A model generated the notes under the pieces. The model had not been told where the DNA came from and ran no database searches. It was given only the letters and a program-made list of their open reading frames with translations. The translations under genes and the position numbers were made by a program. A stretch of 64,000 bases of DNA from assembly GCF_009914755.1 (NCBI RefSeq), contig NC_060937.1, one strand, 5' to 3'. Source of the DNA: the human T2T-CHM13v2.0 reference genome, Homo sapiens. Shown piece after piece: positions 1 to 15,790 of this stretch (the first letter of the stretch is position 1; each line of letters begins with the position of its first letter).

Positions 1-148
1 ATTGAAATACAGGCAGGCCATTCTTTTATGTATTATCTAGATTGTCTTTGTACTACATGGGAGAGTTGATTGGTTTCAGCAGAGACCATGTAGTTCACAA
101 AGCCTAAAATATTTACTATCTGACCCTTTAAAAAATTGCTTACCCTTG
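1..148. mobile_element. MER58-type hAT-Charlie DNA transposon fragment, truncated by the window edge
   Basis: cagagaccatgtag...aaagcctaaaatatttactatctgaccctttaaaaaattgcttacccttg resembles the MER58A terminus. Confidence 0.65.
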
Positions 149-667
149 ATCTATACTTCTATACGTTTTTGTAAGTAAGAAGTATTAAGAAAAAAAAAAG
201 AACAGAAGAATGGTATATTGGTATTGTCATTGTCATCTGATATCCTTACACTTTTGATGAAGTTATGAAGTTCTTTCGTGATCCAAGTTGAATAAAGTTG
301 ATGATTGCTGGGTATTTAGTCAGGGACATTTTGTTGGAAATTAGTCAACTACATTTTTTGTTTCTCCTCCAAACTATAGCAGTATCATTTATTTCCTAAA
401 TTTTATAACATATTTTTGTACCTACATCCTTATCTAATTTTCAGCTGAAAAAATAACATGATCTTATTTCTCCCACCTTTTTGGGGAAACTATTATAATA
501 ATATATATAAGAACTTTGCCCCTTGATGAAAGCATTTGATTAATATTTGGTCCAATTTTAGCCAGAATCTTCAGGGGTAATATTCTTACTATAAAATGCT
601 TAAAAAATTAAAATTATATTGTAAAACTTAAAACTTTTAACTAAGTTTCTAACATTTTTATTTTTTA

Positions 668-964
668 CTTTTTTTTTTTTTTTTTGAGACAGGGTCTTAC
701 TCTGTTAACAGGCTGGAGTGCAGTGGCATGATCACAGATCACTGCAGCCCTGAACTCCTTCGCTAAGTTGATCATCCAGCCTCAGCCTAGCCTGGGACAA
801 CAGGTGTGCACCACCACACTCAGCTAATTTTTTAAAAAATTTTTTGTGGAGATGGGGTCTCCCTATGTTATCAAAGCTGGTCTTGAATTCCTGGGCTCAA
901 GCAGTCCTTCCACCTCAGCCTCCCAAACTGTTGAAATTACAAGCATGAGCCACCGTGCCAGGCC
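668..964 (-). mobile_element. Alu, AluJ-like
   Basis: Poly-T followed by gagacagggtcttactctg...gagccaccgtgccaggcc; J-type tcctgggctcaagcagtcc. Confidence 0.92.
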
Positions 965-1617
965 TATTTCTTACTTTTGATAGCAGTATTAGTATATACA
1001 ATACTTTAATTTTGTTCCTATTTTAAAAATTTTTTTTCAAGATAAAGACAGTTTAATTAACTATATAATAACTTCTGGAATACTATTTTTAGTTCAAATT
1101 CCGTTATCTAAATTTAAAAGCACTTAAAGTTGATACAGCAAATATACCTCATTGTTATATCCAAAATTTCAAATTGGTAAGAATAAATCTATGAACTGGA
1201 TTCTTAGAAATATTCTCCTTTTTATTGTTACATTAAAATAATATTTTTTTAATATAAAATTATTTTGAAGATTATTTCTCCATAGGGAAGTATTATATAA
1301 ATAACAATTTAATGGGAATAATACAATAAGATTAGTTTCTGTTACTAAAGTTTTACCTGTTGCTTGTGAAAACTAAAAAATAAAATGCGATTTTGTTTCA
1401 CAGTAATATTAGGTTATCAAATTTATTATTTAATGAATCGACCTCATGTTGCTTGGCTATCAGGGATAAAAGGTATAGAGTACCATTACCAAACTCTAAA
1501 ACATTACTTATTTTTTTCCCCACTGAATGGTTATACTTAGTCACTAATTTTGGAATAAATAGGGACTGTTGCGAAGCATCACTTTCATTCTTTCCATATT
1601 GAATTATAACGTGATAT

Positions 1618-3433
1618 TGTCATGGGATCCTTGGGGTGTCACTTTGCCAGCCAGAAACCTCTGTGGCTAGTGGCACTTTTCCCTGAGTTTTGCTCAGGCA
1701 TGCTGGGCTCATTCCGCCCACTTGGCCTGACATGCTGCACTCAGCTCATGCTGCTGGCCTAGATCCCATGCGAGCCAGGCACAGAGCAGCAGTGGGTGCA
1801 TGAGCGGGCAAGCGCAGGTTCCGGCCACTGTGCACAACCAGGCACACTGACTGCTGCAGTGGGGTAAAAAGCTCTAGGCACTGGCACAGGCGCTAGCTTC
1901 ATGCAGGCCTGCAGCTAGATCAGGTGCATCATACGCAGCTTCCACTGCAGGCACCCATGTCTGGATGAGGGCAAGATGATAGCACCTGGAAGCTTGGAGA
2001 CGCCAGAAATTACAGAGCCCCAGAAAGGGTGTCACAGCCCAGGCTTGGGGAGCCCCTAGGTCTGGGCTCCCTGAGTCCTGCAGCTGTTCTCTCCTCATCA
2101 CCCACAGTGTGGTGAGCGGGGGTGGGAGGATTGTTTCAGCCCTGTTTGTGTTACAGCTTTTCAGTCCCACCATTTGGTGAGTCCCAAGTTCTTGACCCAT
2201 GTTCAGGAAGAATGAGATATGTGGACAACTAGAGGGTGAGCAAGGTGGAGAGGAGCTTCACTGAGTGACAGAACAACTCTTGGGAGACCCAAAGTGGGTA
2301 GCTCCTTTCCGCAGGCAGGTCATCCCAGTGAGTGTCCAGCTGTCAGTGGAAAGGATACCTGGAGTGAGTAGCTCCTTTCCACAGGCAAGTAGTCCTGACA
2401 AATGCAGCCCTCAGCAGAGAGGAGACCCAGAGTGGGTAGCTCCTATCTGCAGGCAGGTTGTCCCGATAAGTGTCCCAGCTCTCAGCAGAGAGGAGACCTG
2501 CAATGGGTAACTCCTATGCACAGGCAGGTTGTCCCTATGAATGTCCAGCTCTGATCGGAGAGGAGACCCATAGTAGAAAGCTCCTTTCTGCAGGCAGGTC
2601 ATCCTGACAAGTCAAGGAGACCCAAAGTGGATAGTTTCTTTCTGCAGCTGGTAGTCATGATGTCTGTGTAAGTCTGGCTGGTTCTGGGGTCTTTATGGGC
2701 TCAGAAGGGAGGAAGCTCATGCTGACTGGTCTTTGGGAGGCCATAGACAGGCCTGAAAAAATCACCATAAGTTCTCACTCTGGACTGCAGACTATACCCA
2801 GAACTGAGAGCCTGGTTCCCAGGCTTCAGGCCATTCCTGGCTTGAAGGTGGAGCTTCACCAGGGTCCCACCCCTTTCTGCCCAGGAGCCTTTCTTCCTCC
2901 TACGCCGTCAACATGATATCCATGGCACCCAGGCTGTTCATGCCGAGGGGCGCCTGCAGGCTCACGCTAAGCCATCCTCAGTACCCTCTCAGCCTCCCTC
3001 CTGTGCTCTTTGGCACCCAATGTCTGGAGGGGGCCAAGGTGATAAGGCTGGCATGTCAGCACCACCCAAGCATGTGCACGCCCAGCTAGGTCGTGACAAT
3101 GCCTGGGTGTGGCCACAACTTTGCTCTGCCCAGGAGTGGGTGCCAGGAGTAGGGGGAGCCCAGGCAGCGGGAGCAAACACTTTCAAGCCTGTGGGGGCAA
3201 GGGCTTCCTGCACCCCCAAGAGTGCAGGTATGCCAGGGTCTGGAGCCATGGCTGGGCAGCTGCAGTTGCACCCGGGAGCCTGGGACTCCTGCCCTGCCAA
3301 CTCAATAGTGGAGGGAGCTCCCACCTGTTCCAGCCCCCACCTAGTCCATGCAGCCCACAGCCCTGGCCATGCCTCCCCCACTGCAGTTGGTGTCTTTGTA
3401 GTGGCCACTCCAGATGGGCCACTGCTGCCATCA
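1618..3433 (-). mobile_element. MER52-family (ERV1) solo LTR
   Basis: GC-rich 1.8-kb block bounded by TG...CA. The minus strand begins tgatggcagcagtggcccatctggagtggc and ends ccaaggatcccatgaca, matching MER52 ends. Flanks ATAT (1614-1617) and ATGT (3434-3437) fit a degenerate 4-bp TSD. Confidence 0.85.
2284..2655. repeat. Degenerate ~70-bp tandem array inside the MER52 LTR, about 6 units
   Basis: GGAGACCC...GGGTAGCTCCT...CAGGCAGGT recurs near 2284, 2353, 2421, 2492, 2562 and 2616. Confidence 0.85.
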
Positions 3434-4456
3434 ATGTCACTTTTTAAAAGTGTGTGAGAGAAAGGAAGTGGATAGAGTATTACAGAGAAAAATTATAGAT
3501 AGGCAAAATCTGTTAAAGAGCATGGCAGCTTGATAGAATTATAGTAGTAAAGTGGATAAGTTTAACTTGTTAGCATTTTTATATGAGGCATGTACAGGTC
3601 AAATTGTCATTAAATACTGTTTGTGGAAAAATATGTTTTTGGATGCTAACTGTTCTGAATTTTCCTTTCTAGTTTTGCTAATTCTATTGGTATTTTGAAA
3701 TCTGTTTAAAATATTTTATATATGATTAATTTCTGTACTACTCCTGGGAGGTAACATAAAATAGTCACCTAACTTTGATCACAAAATTTATTAAAATTTG
3801 CATTAATTAAGAGCAGCAATGTAAATGACTACTATGGTTATGTTTACTATTTGAGATATTTAAAAAATACTTCATGTGGTTACAGTTTCCATTTTTACAC
3901 AAATTTGAGCTTATAATATATACAACATGATGGTATGACATGAAGAAAATGGAAAGGAAACTTAGCTATGTTCAATAATCTAATGAAAAAAATATTTTGG
4001 AAAAAGTTGTATATAAGTGGTAAACTATTTGAAAATCATTCTTAAAAAAATTTATTTCCTGCTTTTTAAAATGTGACAGACTCCACCTTTCTATATCCTG
4101 TTGGGCCATTTGTCCCTGTGCAAACAAAAATTGGTAATTTTCATATAGATCTGATTAACAAAAATAAATTTAATGAAGTCTGACATATGAAAGGAAAATG
4201 CTCCAGTTTTTTTCTTACTTGAGTGAACAGTTTTTTCACAATCTAAAATGAGTTAACTCATACAGGAAATTTGAAAGACTCTTCATGTTTTATGTCTCTC
4301 CAAAATGGAATTTTGACTCACTTTTACAAAAGATTTTAATATTTATTATTTTTATTTGTAATGAACTTTACATATAATACAAATTTTCATTTTATAGATT
4401 TTTACATTTTATTTTGTTTTCCTAATGTTTCATGAATTGGAAGTACTGTAAAATAA

Positions 4457-4806
<350 letters not shown>

Positions 4807-5091
4807 ATATTTTCTGGTTTTTGTGTTCTCTTATTTTTATGATCCTTAAAAACCATAAAATCTGTTCTTAATTTACTGGCCATAAAAAAAAAAACAGTGG
4901 CAGAATAGGTTTAGCCCATCCATAGACTACAGTTTGTCAACCCCATTCCTAGAATAAGAAGTAATAACATCATCAACAGAAAAATTAAATTTAGATACTG
5001 TTGATAATGTTGGTGTTTATTTTTCATTTAATTGGCTGTGACTATTATACTACATGATGATGTAACTTGTAAATCTCATATGATATCTGTA

Positions 5092-5423
5092 CAGGCAGTC
5101 CTTGACTTACAATGATTTAATATGATTTTTTAAATTTTAATGATGGTGCAAAAACGGTATGTATTCAGTGGAAACTGTACTTCAGTACAGCATTCAATAA
5201 ATTACATGAGAAATTCAACATGTTACCATAAAGTAGGATTTGTGTTAGATGATTTTGCCCCCAAATAGGGTAATATAAGTGTTCTGAGCATGTTTGAGGT
5301 AGGCTAGGCTAAGCTATGACATTCAGTAGGTTAGCTATATTAAATAAATTTTTTACTTAAGATGCGTTCAACTTACAGTGGGCTTATCAGTACATAACCC
5401 CATTTTAAGTCAAGCAGCATTTG
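5092..5423. mobile_element. MER47A-like TcMar-Tigger non-autonomous element
   Basis: TA followed by caggcagtccttgacttacaatg; the other end reads aagtcaagcagcatttg; internal gtaggctaggctaagctatg. Confidence 0.75.
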
Positions 5424-6659
5424 TGGTTCCTTTCCATGCTAAGCACTTACAAGCTTTTCCTTAATAAATGGTTATGGGAAGTTAGTTTTCTCCATTTTGT
5501 TTATTATCTGGTGTCCTGAATACCTGTTCTTGAAACCTTTGTTTTGAAATAAATTTCATTTTATTTTTAGCTCGGCACCAGACTCAACTGGTAAAATTTC
5601 CTGGCCATCTAAATTTATTACTATGTTGTTTAATAATGAACTACATTGACTGCAGAAAGCATTTATCTTCCTATTTTTGATAACTAGTTTTCATCAATTT
5701 TGTTAACAGGTATCATTTTCAGTTATTTGCATAATTTCTGCCTAACTAGCAGTGAGCAGCTGTAGTTCCTAGAGTTGTTATTAGTTATCTTGTTTAAAGA
5801 AAATGGTCACTAACACTTTAAAAATATTTTACAGACATACACCAGTGATGTTTTGTGTAACATTTCAAGTTTTTGTAAATGATAGATTCTATTTTCACAT
5901 TAGGGGAAAAATAATTCACTTATTTTGCTAAATCTCACAAAAACTTATCAATCTAAAATCAATCATTTTTACCCTAAAAATAAAACATTTTATTAGCAAT
6001 TTTAAAAAATATATTATAATTATTCTTTAGAGATACCTATTGGCATATGAACAGATAATCATTTGAATTTTTACAAATATAGTTAAATGATATTTCATCA
6101 AAAGATCTCATAACTTTCAAAAAGCCACTGAAATTTTTTAGGTATGTAAGTTATTTGGGTTCTCAAATGGTCAAGATTTTGTGTTACAACATAACTTCAA
6201 TCAAAGAAATGTTATTTCAGGAATGATATTTAAAATATAGAATATTTGGATAGTCATCAAGATGGAAAAAGATGGCCAGTTGATTAGTTGCATCAGCTTA
6301 CTCAACATTGACAATCAGTGCTTTAACAATTGATGGCTACATTGCCTTCACATAGAAATTATAATCCAATATGAAGATATGGTTATCTTTAATATCTGTA
6401 ACATAGTATTTTGTATACAATCAAGGATTTTACTTCAAACACGTAAGATCATGTCCACACTTCTTCGTGCTTTCAGAGATGGGGAAATCAAACTAAAACC
6501 CATGAAATAACAAAGTCAGTCTTTAGCCAAGGTTAAAGCTTCTTTAGTATTGATTGAATATAAGGCCCTACACAGGATATTGACAGGAACAGGGAAAAAG
6601 AGGCAGTGACATAGTGTTTTGAAAGAAAATTCTAAAAGACATACTTTGATTTCTTCTTT

Positions 6660-8300
<1,641 letters not shown>

Positions 8301-8394
8301 AATTTCAAAAAACTCTTATTAGCAAGAGACAAATAGCTAGTTCACTTAACAGTGACTTGAAAAGACACTTCACCAGTGATTATATTAAATGCCA

Positions 8395-9122
8395 GATGAG
8401 CACATAGAAAGATGGCCAACATCGTTAGCGATCAGGTAAATGCAAATTAAAACCAAAATTAAATACCTCTACAAATATATGAGAATTGCTAAAATAAAAT
8501 TACTGACAATTCCAAGTGCTGCCAAGAATATGCAGCAGCTGGCATCTCATCCATGGTTGTCATCCATGGCTTTGAGAATGCAAAATAGTAGCCATAGAGG
8601 AAAATAGTTTGGAAGTTTCTTATTTAGTTAAACAAACTCTTAATTATATGACCGAGTAATCCCATTTCTGAGTATTTTCCCTGAAGAAATGAAACTTATG
8701 TTCACACAAAAACCTATAAATCAATGTTCACATCAGTTATTGGTGTAATAGTCAAGAGATGGAAAAACACAAATGTCCTTCATGAATAAACAAACCATGA
8801 TTTAAACACAGGAATGCTACTGAACAGAAACAAAGGGCCACACTTATAAACCTGACTATGTAGATGAACTCAAAGACATTATTACAATGAGTTTTCTTGT
8901 GAGTAAGAAAACTCATTTCAAAAAGTTACATATTGTGTATTTCCTTTTTTGGGGGAAATTCTCAAAATAACAAAATCATACTGATGAAAATGGATTAGTG
9001 GTGGCCAGGAGTTATGGGTGAGGTTAAGACTTCCAAGGATTCCTTCAGGCAGTGGAGCTATTGTGTGTTGATTGTGGTGGCAAAACACAGTGCATGTGAC
9101 AACACTCATAAAACTACACAAA
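8395..9122 (+). mobile_element. L1MC/MD-type 3' end fragment
   Basis: aaatgcaaattaaaacc...gaaatgaaacttatgttcacacaaaaacc...ggattagtggtggccagg. Confidence 0.6.
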
Positions 9123-9129
9123 TACTGAT

Positions 9130-9642
9130 AAAAGACTTGTACAATGAAAGGTACAAACCACTGCTGAAAGACATTAAAGGCAGAAATAATTAGCAAGCTA
9201 TTCCATGTTCATGGGTTGGAAGAGTTTACGTCAGTCCTACCCAAAGCAATTTATAGATTAATTGCAATTTCTATAAAAGTCCCAATAATGTGTTCTGCAG
9301 AAATAGAAAAATCAATCCTAAAATTCATTTGCAAACTTAAGGAACCCTGAATAACCAAAATAATCCTGAAAAAGAAGAGCAAAGCTGAGAGGCACACACA
9401 TCCTAATTTCAAAACTTGCAACAAAGGTACAGTAATCAAAACAGTGAAGTACTGGAATGAAACAGACATATAAACCAATGGAATACAATCTCTAGCCCAT
9501 AAATAAAGTCTCCTATATACAGTCAAATTATTTTTGACAAGAGTGCCATGATCATTCCCTGGGAAAAGGCAGTCTTTTCAACAGATGGGAAAAGTGGATA
9601 TCCACATGCAAAAGAATGTAGCTGGACCCTTCACTAACAACA
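9130..9642 (+). mobile_element. L1MB-type ORF2 fragment, first part; continues at ~13750
   Basis: aagacttgtacaatgaaa...tatccacatgcaaaagaatgtagctggaccc. Confidence 0.65.
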
Positions 9643-9644
9643 CA

Positions 9645-12600
9645 GACAGAAAAGATAGACTGCAATCCAATAATTGTAGCAGACTTTATCAGCTGACTTT
9701 TAGCAATGGAGAGATCATCCAGACAGAAAATCAATAAGGAAACATTGGACTTAAACTGTACTCTCGACCAAAAGGACCTAACCGACATATTGAAACATTC
9801 TATCCAGTAGCTACAGAATACCCATTCTTCCCCAATCCACATGGAGCATTCTCCAGAATAGAACATGTATCACAAAACAAGTCTTAACATATTTAGGAAG
9901 ACTGAAATTGTATCAGGTATCTTTTCTGACCATAAAGGAATAAAAGTAGAAATTGAAAACAGGAGGAACAACTTCAGAAAAATCACAAATACATGGAAAT
10001 TAAACAGCATGCTTCTAAACAACTAATGGGTCAAAGAAGATATTAAAAGAAAAACTTTAATATTTCTTGGACAAACAAAAATGGAAACAACATACCAACA
10101 CCTATGAGATACAGCAAAAGGAGATCTCAGAGGGAATTTTACAGTAATAAATGCCTACATCAAAAAAGAAGAAAGATCTCACACAACCTACAGTGTACCT
10201 CAAAGAATTAGAAAAACGAGAAAACTAAGCACAAAGGTAGTAGTAGCAGGAAGGAAATAATAAAGATCCGAGCAGAAATAGATGAAATAGAGACTAGAAC
10301 AATAGGAAAGATTGACAACACAAAGAGTTGTTTTTTTTTTAAAGAAAAACTTTACAAACCATTAGCTAGACTAAGAAAAAAGAGAAGACTCAAATAAAAT
10401 CAGAAATGAAAAAGGAGATATTACAACTGATAACACAGAAATACGAAGGACAACAAGAGACTATTATGAATAACTATATGCCAACAAATCGGATACCCTA
10501 GAAGAAATGAAAAAAAAAATCTAGATACATACAATCTACCAAGATTGAATCATGAAGAAATAGAAAATCTGAACAGATCAATAATGAGTAGGGATCAAAT
10601 TAGTAATAAAACATCTCCTATCAAAGAAAAGCCCAGGATCTGATGGCTTTTCTGATGAGTTCTATTAAACAACTAAAGTGTTTATACTCATCTCAAACCC
10701 TTTTAAAAAATTGAAGAGGAGGTAATATTTCCAAACACATATTACAAACCCAGCATTTCCTTGATACCAAAGCCAAAGACATTATGAAAAAAGAAAACTG
10801 TAATACGATATCCCTGATGGACATGGATGCAAAAATCTGCAACAAAATACTAGCAAACCCAATTTAACAGCACGTTTAAAAGATCAGTCACCATGATCAA
10901 GTGAGATTCATCCTAGGGATGCAGGGATAGTTCAACATACATTAATCAATAAATGTGATACATCACAATAACAGATTGAAAGACAAAAACCATATGATCA
11001 TTTGAATAGATGAAGAAAAAGCATCTGACCAAATTCATTGTTTTTGCATGATAGAAAGTCTCTACAACTTCAGAAGGAATATACCTCAACACAATAATGG
11101 GCATTCTGACAAACACGACTAGCATCATATTCAGTGGAGACAATTTGAAACTTTTTCCTCTAAGATCTGAGAGAGAACAAGTAAACTCACTCTCTTCACT
11201 TCTGTTCAACATAGTAGAAGTCCTGGACAGAACAGCCAGGCAAGAGAAAGAAATAAAATGCATCCAAATGAGAAAAAAAAAATGTTAAATTGTCTCTTTG
11301 CAGATGACATGATCTTATATGTAGAAAACCCTAAAGAATCCTCCAAAAACTATTAGAACTAATAAATACATTTAGTTAAGTTGCAGAACGCAAATCAATA
11401 TACAAAAAATCAATAGTGTTTCTATACATTGACAGCAAATTATTTGTGAAAGAAATCAAGAAATCAATAATATTTGCAATTGCAATGTTTCCTAAGTAAA
11501 ATGCTTAGGAATGTGTTTAAACAAGGAAGCTCTCTACCTGAAAATTATAAAACATAGATGAAAGAAATGGCGGAAGACACAAATAATGAAAACCCATATG
11601 GATCATGGGCTGAAAAGTTAATAGTATTCAAACTACACAAAGTGATCTATAAATTCAATGCAGTCCCTATCAAAATACCAATGACATTCTTCACAAAAGT
11701 AGAAAAATCATTTCTAAAATATGTATGGAACCACAGAAGACCCCAAATAGCCAAAGTAATCTTGAGTAAAAAAAATTTGAGGCATCACATTAGCTGACTG
11801 CAAAACATACTACAAAGCTATAGTAACCCAAACAACATGGTACTGACATAAAAATAGACATACATACCAATAGGATAGAAAGATAGCCCAGAAATAAATC
11901 CACACATTTACAACTAACTGATTTTTGACAACGGTGCCTAAAAACAGTGGAGGTAGGGAGACTCTTCAATAAATAGTGTTGGGAAAATTGGCTATCCATG
12001 TTTAGAAAATAAAATGAGACCCTCATTTTACATCACACACAAAAATCAACTGAAAATGAATTAAAAACTTAAATGTAAGACCTACAACTATGAAACTACT
12101 AGAAGAAAATATAGTGAGAAATCTCCATGACATTGGTCCAAGCAAGGATTTTTGGATGTGACTCTAAAAACACAGACAACAAAAGCAAAGACAAATGGGA
12201 TTGCATCAAACTAAAAATCTTCGGCACAGCAAAGAAAACAAACAACAGTTAAGAAGTAATCTACAGAGTAGGAGAAAATATTTGCAAACTATACATCTAA
12301 CAAGTGGCTAATATCCAAAATATATAAGTAACTTAACTAAGCCAGAAAACAAATAACTTGATTTAAAAATGGGTAGGAGAACTGAGTAGATATTTCTCAA
12401 AAGAAGAAATACAAGTGGCCAAGAGGTATATAAAAGTAATGTTCAACATCACTAATCAGAAAAATGCAAATTAAAACCACAATAAGATATCACCTTCCTT
12501 TTTAAATATAAATATTACCAAAAAGATAATAAGTGTTGGCAAGGATATGGAGAAAAGGGAACACTTGCTCACTGTTGGCGGGAATGTGAATTAGGATAGC

Positions 12601-13745
12601 CATTGTGGAAAACAGAATGGAGGTTCTTCAAAAACCTAAAAACAGAACTACCATATGATCTAGCAGTTTTTCTACTGGGTATGTATCCAAAGGAAATTGA
12701 ATTAGTATGTCAAAGAGATATCTACATTCTCATGTTTATTGTAGCATTTTTTCACAGTAGCCGAGATGTGTACTCAGTTTAAGTGTCCATTAACAGATTA
12801 ATGGATAAAGAAAATACGCTATATATACACAGTGGAATACTATTCAGCATAAAGAAGGAAATATTTTCCTTTGCAACAGCATGGAAGAACCTGGGAGACA
12901 TTATGTTAAATGAAGTAAGCCAGGCAGAGAAAGACAAATATTGCATCATCTCACTCACGTGTGGAATATAAAAAGTTAGACTCATAGGTATAGAGAGTGG
13001 AATGTTGGTTACCAGGGCCTAGGGTAGTTGGTTATGGGAGTTGGGGAGATACTGATCAATGGATACAAAATTTCAATTAGATAAGAGGAATAATTTCAAG
13101 AAATCTATAGTACAACCTGGTGACTATTGTTAACAATAAACAGTTATCCCATGAACAACTCAGTGTTCGGGGTGCTGACCACGTGTGCAGTTGACAATAC
13201 CATATAACTTTTCAACTCCCCAAAACTTAACTACTACTAGCCTTCTATTGACAGGAAGCCTTATTGATAACATAAAGTAAATTAACACATTTTATATGTT
13301 AATATGTACTGTATTGTTAAGAATAAGCTAGAGAAAAGGAAATGTTATTAAGAAGATTATAAGGAAGAGAAAATATATTTACTATCCATTAAGTGGAAGT
13401 GGATCACTATAAAGGTCTTCAACCTCATTGCCTTTACATTGAGTAGGCTGTGGAGGAGAAGAAAGAAGAGGGGTTTGTCTTGCTGTCTCTTGGGTGGCAA
13501 AGACGGAATAAAATCCATATATAAGTGGACACAGGCAGTTCAAAGCTGTGTCTTTCAAGGGTCAACTGTATTATATTTTTGAAAAATGCTATGAGGGTGA
13601 ATGTAAAGTGTTCTTACCACAAAAATAACTGTGCGAGGCAATGCATATGCTAATTAGCTAGATTTAGTCTTTCCACAATGTGTATATACTTCCAAAAATG
13701 ATATTTACAAAATATACAATTTTATCTGTACATTTTTTAATGAAC
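9645..13745 (+). mobile_element. L1MA-type LINE-1, 5'-truncated (decayed ORF2 and 3' UTR), interrupted by Tigger2a
   Basis: ORF2-like peptides in the track (11097, 11558, 12783); L1MA-type 3' UTR caaaatttcaattagataagaggaataa resumes after 13568. Confidence 0.85.
13141..13568. mobile_element. Tigger2a (MER28)-like DNA transposon
   Basis: Terminal inverted repeats cagttatcccatgaacaac and tctttcaagggtcaactg followed by TA; internal ctccccaaaacttaactact and gagtaggctgtggaggag. Confidence 0.85.
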
Positions 13746-13749
13746 AAAA

Positions 13750-14885
13750 ATACTCCAAGGAGAAAAGCATTAGGGCATTGGATTTGGCAATTATATCTTG
13801 GATATGACACCAATGGCACAGAAAACAAAAGCAAAACTAGACAAATTAGATGTCATAATAATTTTAGACTTTTGTTGATCAAAATACATTATCAACAGAG
13901 TAAAAAGGCACTCCACAGAAAGAGATACATATTTGCAAATCTTTTATCTAATAAGGGATTTATATCCAGAATATATAAAAATCTCCTAAAACTCAACCAC
14001 AAAAAAAAACTCAAAAAAGCACAAAAGACTTGAGTAGACATTTTTTCAAAAAAGTACATACAAATGGTGAATAAGCACATGAAAAGATATTCAGCATCAC
14101 TAGTCATTAGGGAAATGCAAAACAAATCCAGAATGAGATGTCACCTCACACCATTAGGATGGGTACTATTTAAAAAAAAAAAAAGAAGAAGAAAAAACAA
14201 TAACAAATGTTGGTAAGGTTGTGGAATAACTTAAACACTGAACTGTTGGTGGGATTTTAAATGGTACAGCTGATGTGCAAACCAGTGTGGTCGTTCCTAA
14301 AAAATTAAAAATATAATTACCATGTCACCTAGCAATTTGACTTCTGGGTACATACCCAAAGGAATTGAAAGCCTGGTCTCAAAGAGACATTTGTATACAC
14401 ACGTGTTCATTGCAGCATTATTCAAAACAGCTAAAACATTGAAATAACCTGGGTGTCCACTGATGGAAGAATGAGTAAGAAAAATGTGGTACACATGCAG
14501 GGGAATATTATTCGCTTTTAAAGAGAATTCGGGCATATAATGCAACATGAATGACCCTTGAGGACATTAAGCTAAATGAAATAAACCTGTCACAGAAAGG
14601 CAAATGATGTGTGATTTTATTTATATGAGGGACATAGAGTAGTCAAAAATCACAGAGACAGAAAATAGAATGGTGGTGGCCAGGGGCTGCAGGGAGTGGG
14701 GAATGGGGAGTTACTGTTTAATGGGTGTAAAGTTTCAGTTTTACAAAATAAGAGTTATGGAGATGGATGATGGTGATAGTTGTACATTATGACTGAACTT
14801 AATACCTCTGCCTTGTACACTTAAACATGATTAATATGGTAAATTTTATGTTTTATGTCCTGTACCACAGTAAAATATTGGAAAA
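13750..14885 (+). mobile_element. L1MB-type 3' end, continuation of 9130-9642
   Basis: cattggatttggcaatt...gatatgacacc; 3' UTR ggggagttactgtttaatgggt...atggtaaattttatgtt. Confidence 0.75.
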
Positions 14886-15139
14886 AATATACAAACTTAG
14901 AATTAAACAAATTCTATTAAAAATAACACAAACACGCCAACAACAACAAAAAACCATGCAGCCCTGTTGCAAAAAATCTTGAAAACTGACCCAAATTTTA
15001 TCTGTAATCTTGCCTCTGAACATTATCATTTTGTATATTCATTTCCAGTCTTTTTTTAGTAAATATATTTTTATGTAGGAGAACAAGTAAAAAGGTCCAT
15101 TTTAATGTATGATCATTTAAATTTTAAGTTTTAAAAAAT

Positions 15140-15790
15140 CTGTCAGAAGAAAAATCACATCACTTGCAAAAATAGACAGAAATTATGCAAGCCAGAAGAT
15201 AATGGAACATCTTTAAAGTGCTAAAATGATAGACTGCCAACCTGTTATTCTTAATTCAGTGAAAATATTCTTCAAAAATGAAGGTGAGATAAAGACTTTT
15301 TCAGACAACAAAAGCTGAGGAAATTTATTGCCAGCAGATCTGTATTGTAACACTGTTAAGAAAATGGTTTTCAAGCAGAGGGTTAAAGATACCAGATGGA
15401 AACATGGACACATACAAATGAAAAAAGGAGTACAAGAAATGGTTTCTGTGTGAATATTCAGGTGCTCCTCAACTTATGATGGGGTTACATACCCATAAAC
15501 TCTTTTTATGTAAAAAATAACATAAGTTGAACCATCACAAGTTGGAGGTCATCTGTATATTAAACATTGTTTTCTCATTTTTAGTCGATGCAGAAAATGC
15601 ATCTGTTAATATTCAATACCTAGTCATAATAAAATCTCAGAAAAATAGGACCTGAAGTGAAAAAAAGCTGAACTAATTGGTATCTAGGAAAAAACAACTT
15701 ATGACATATTTGACAGTAAAAGACCAAGTAAGATTGGGCAAGAGTTTTATGTCTCATTACTTTAACATTTTACTGAATATTCTAACTAGT
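15140..15790 (+). mobile_element. Old L1M ORF1 3' part and ORF2 remnants
   Basis: gccagaagataatggaacatctttaaagtgct...aaaatgaaggtgagataaagactttttcagac is an L1 ORF1 C-terminal signature. Confidence 0.65.
15459..15555. mobile_element. MER47C-like ~97-bp MITE
   Basis: caggtgctcctcaacttatgatggggttac...aagttggaggtcatctg followed by TA; same termini as the element at 5092-5423. Confidence 0.7.

Noticed and set aside
2284-2655. CRISPR-like repeat/spacer appearance
   Set aside because: The units are degenerate tandem copies along their whole length, with no unique spacers. They lie inside a mammalian LTR and there are no cas genes.
1874-3457. Cluster of overlapping 60-145 aa ORFs
   Set aside because: Explained by the GC-rich, stop-poor MER52 LTR; no recognisable protein.
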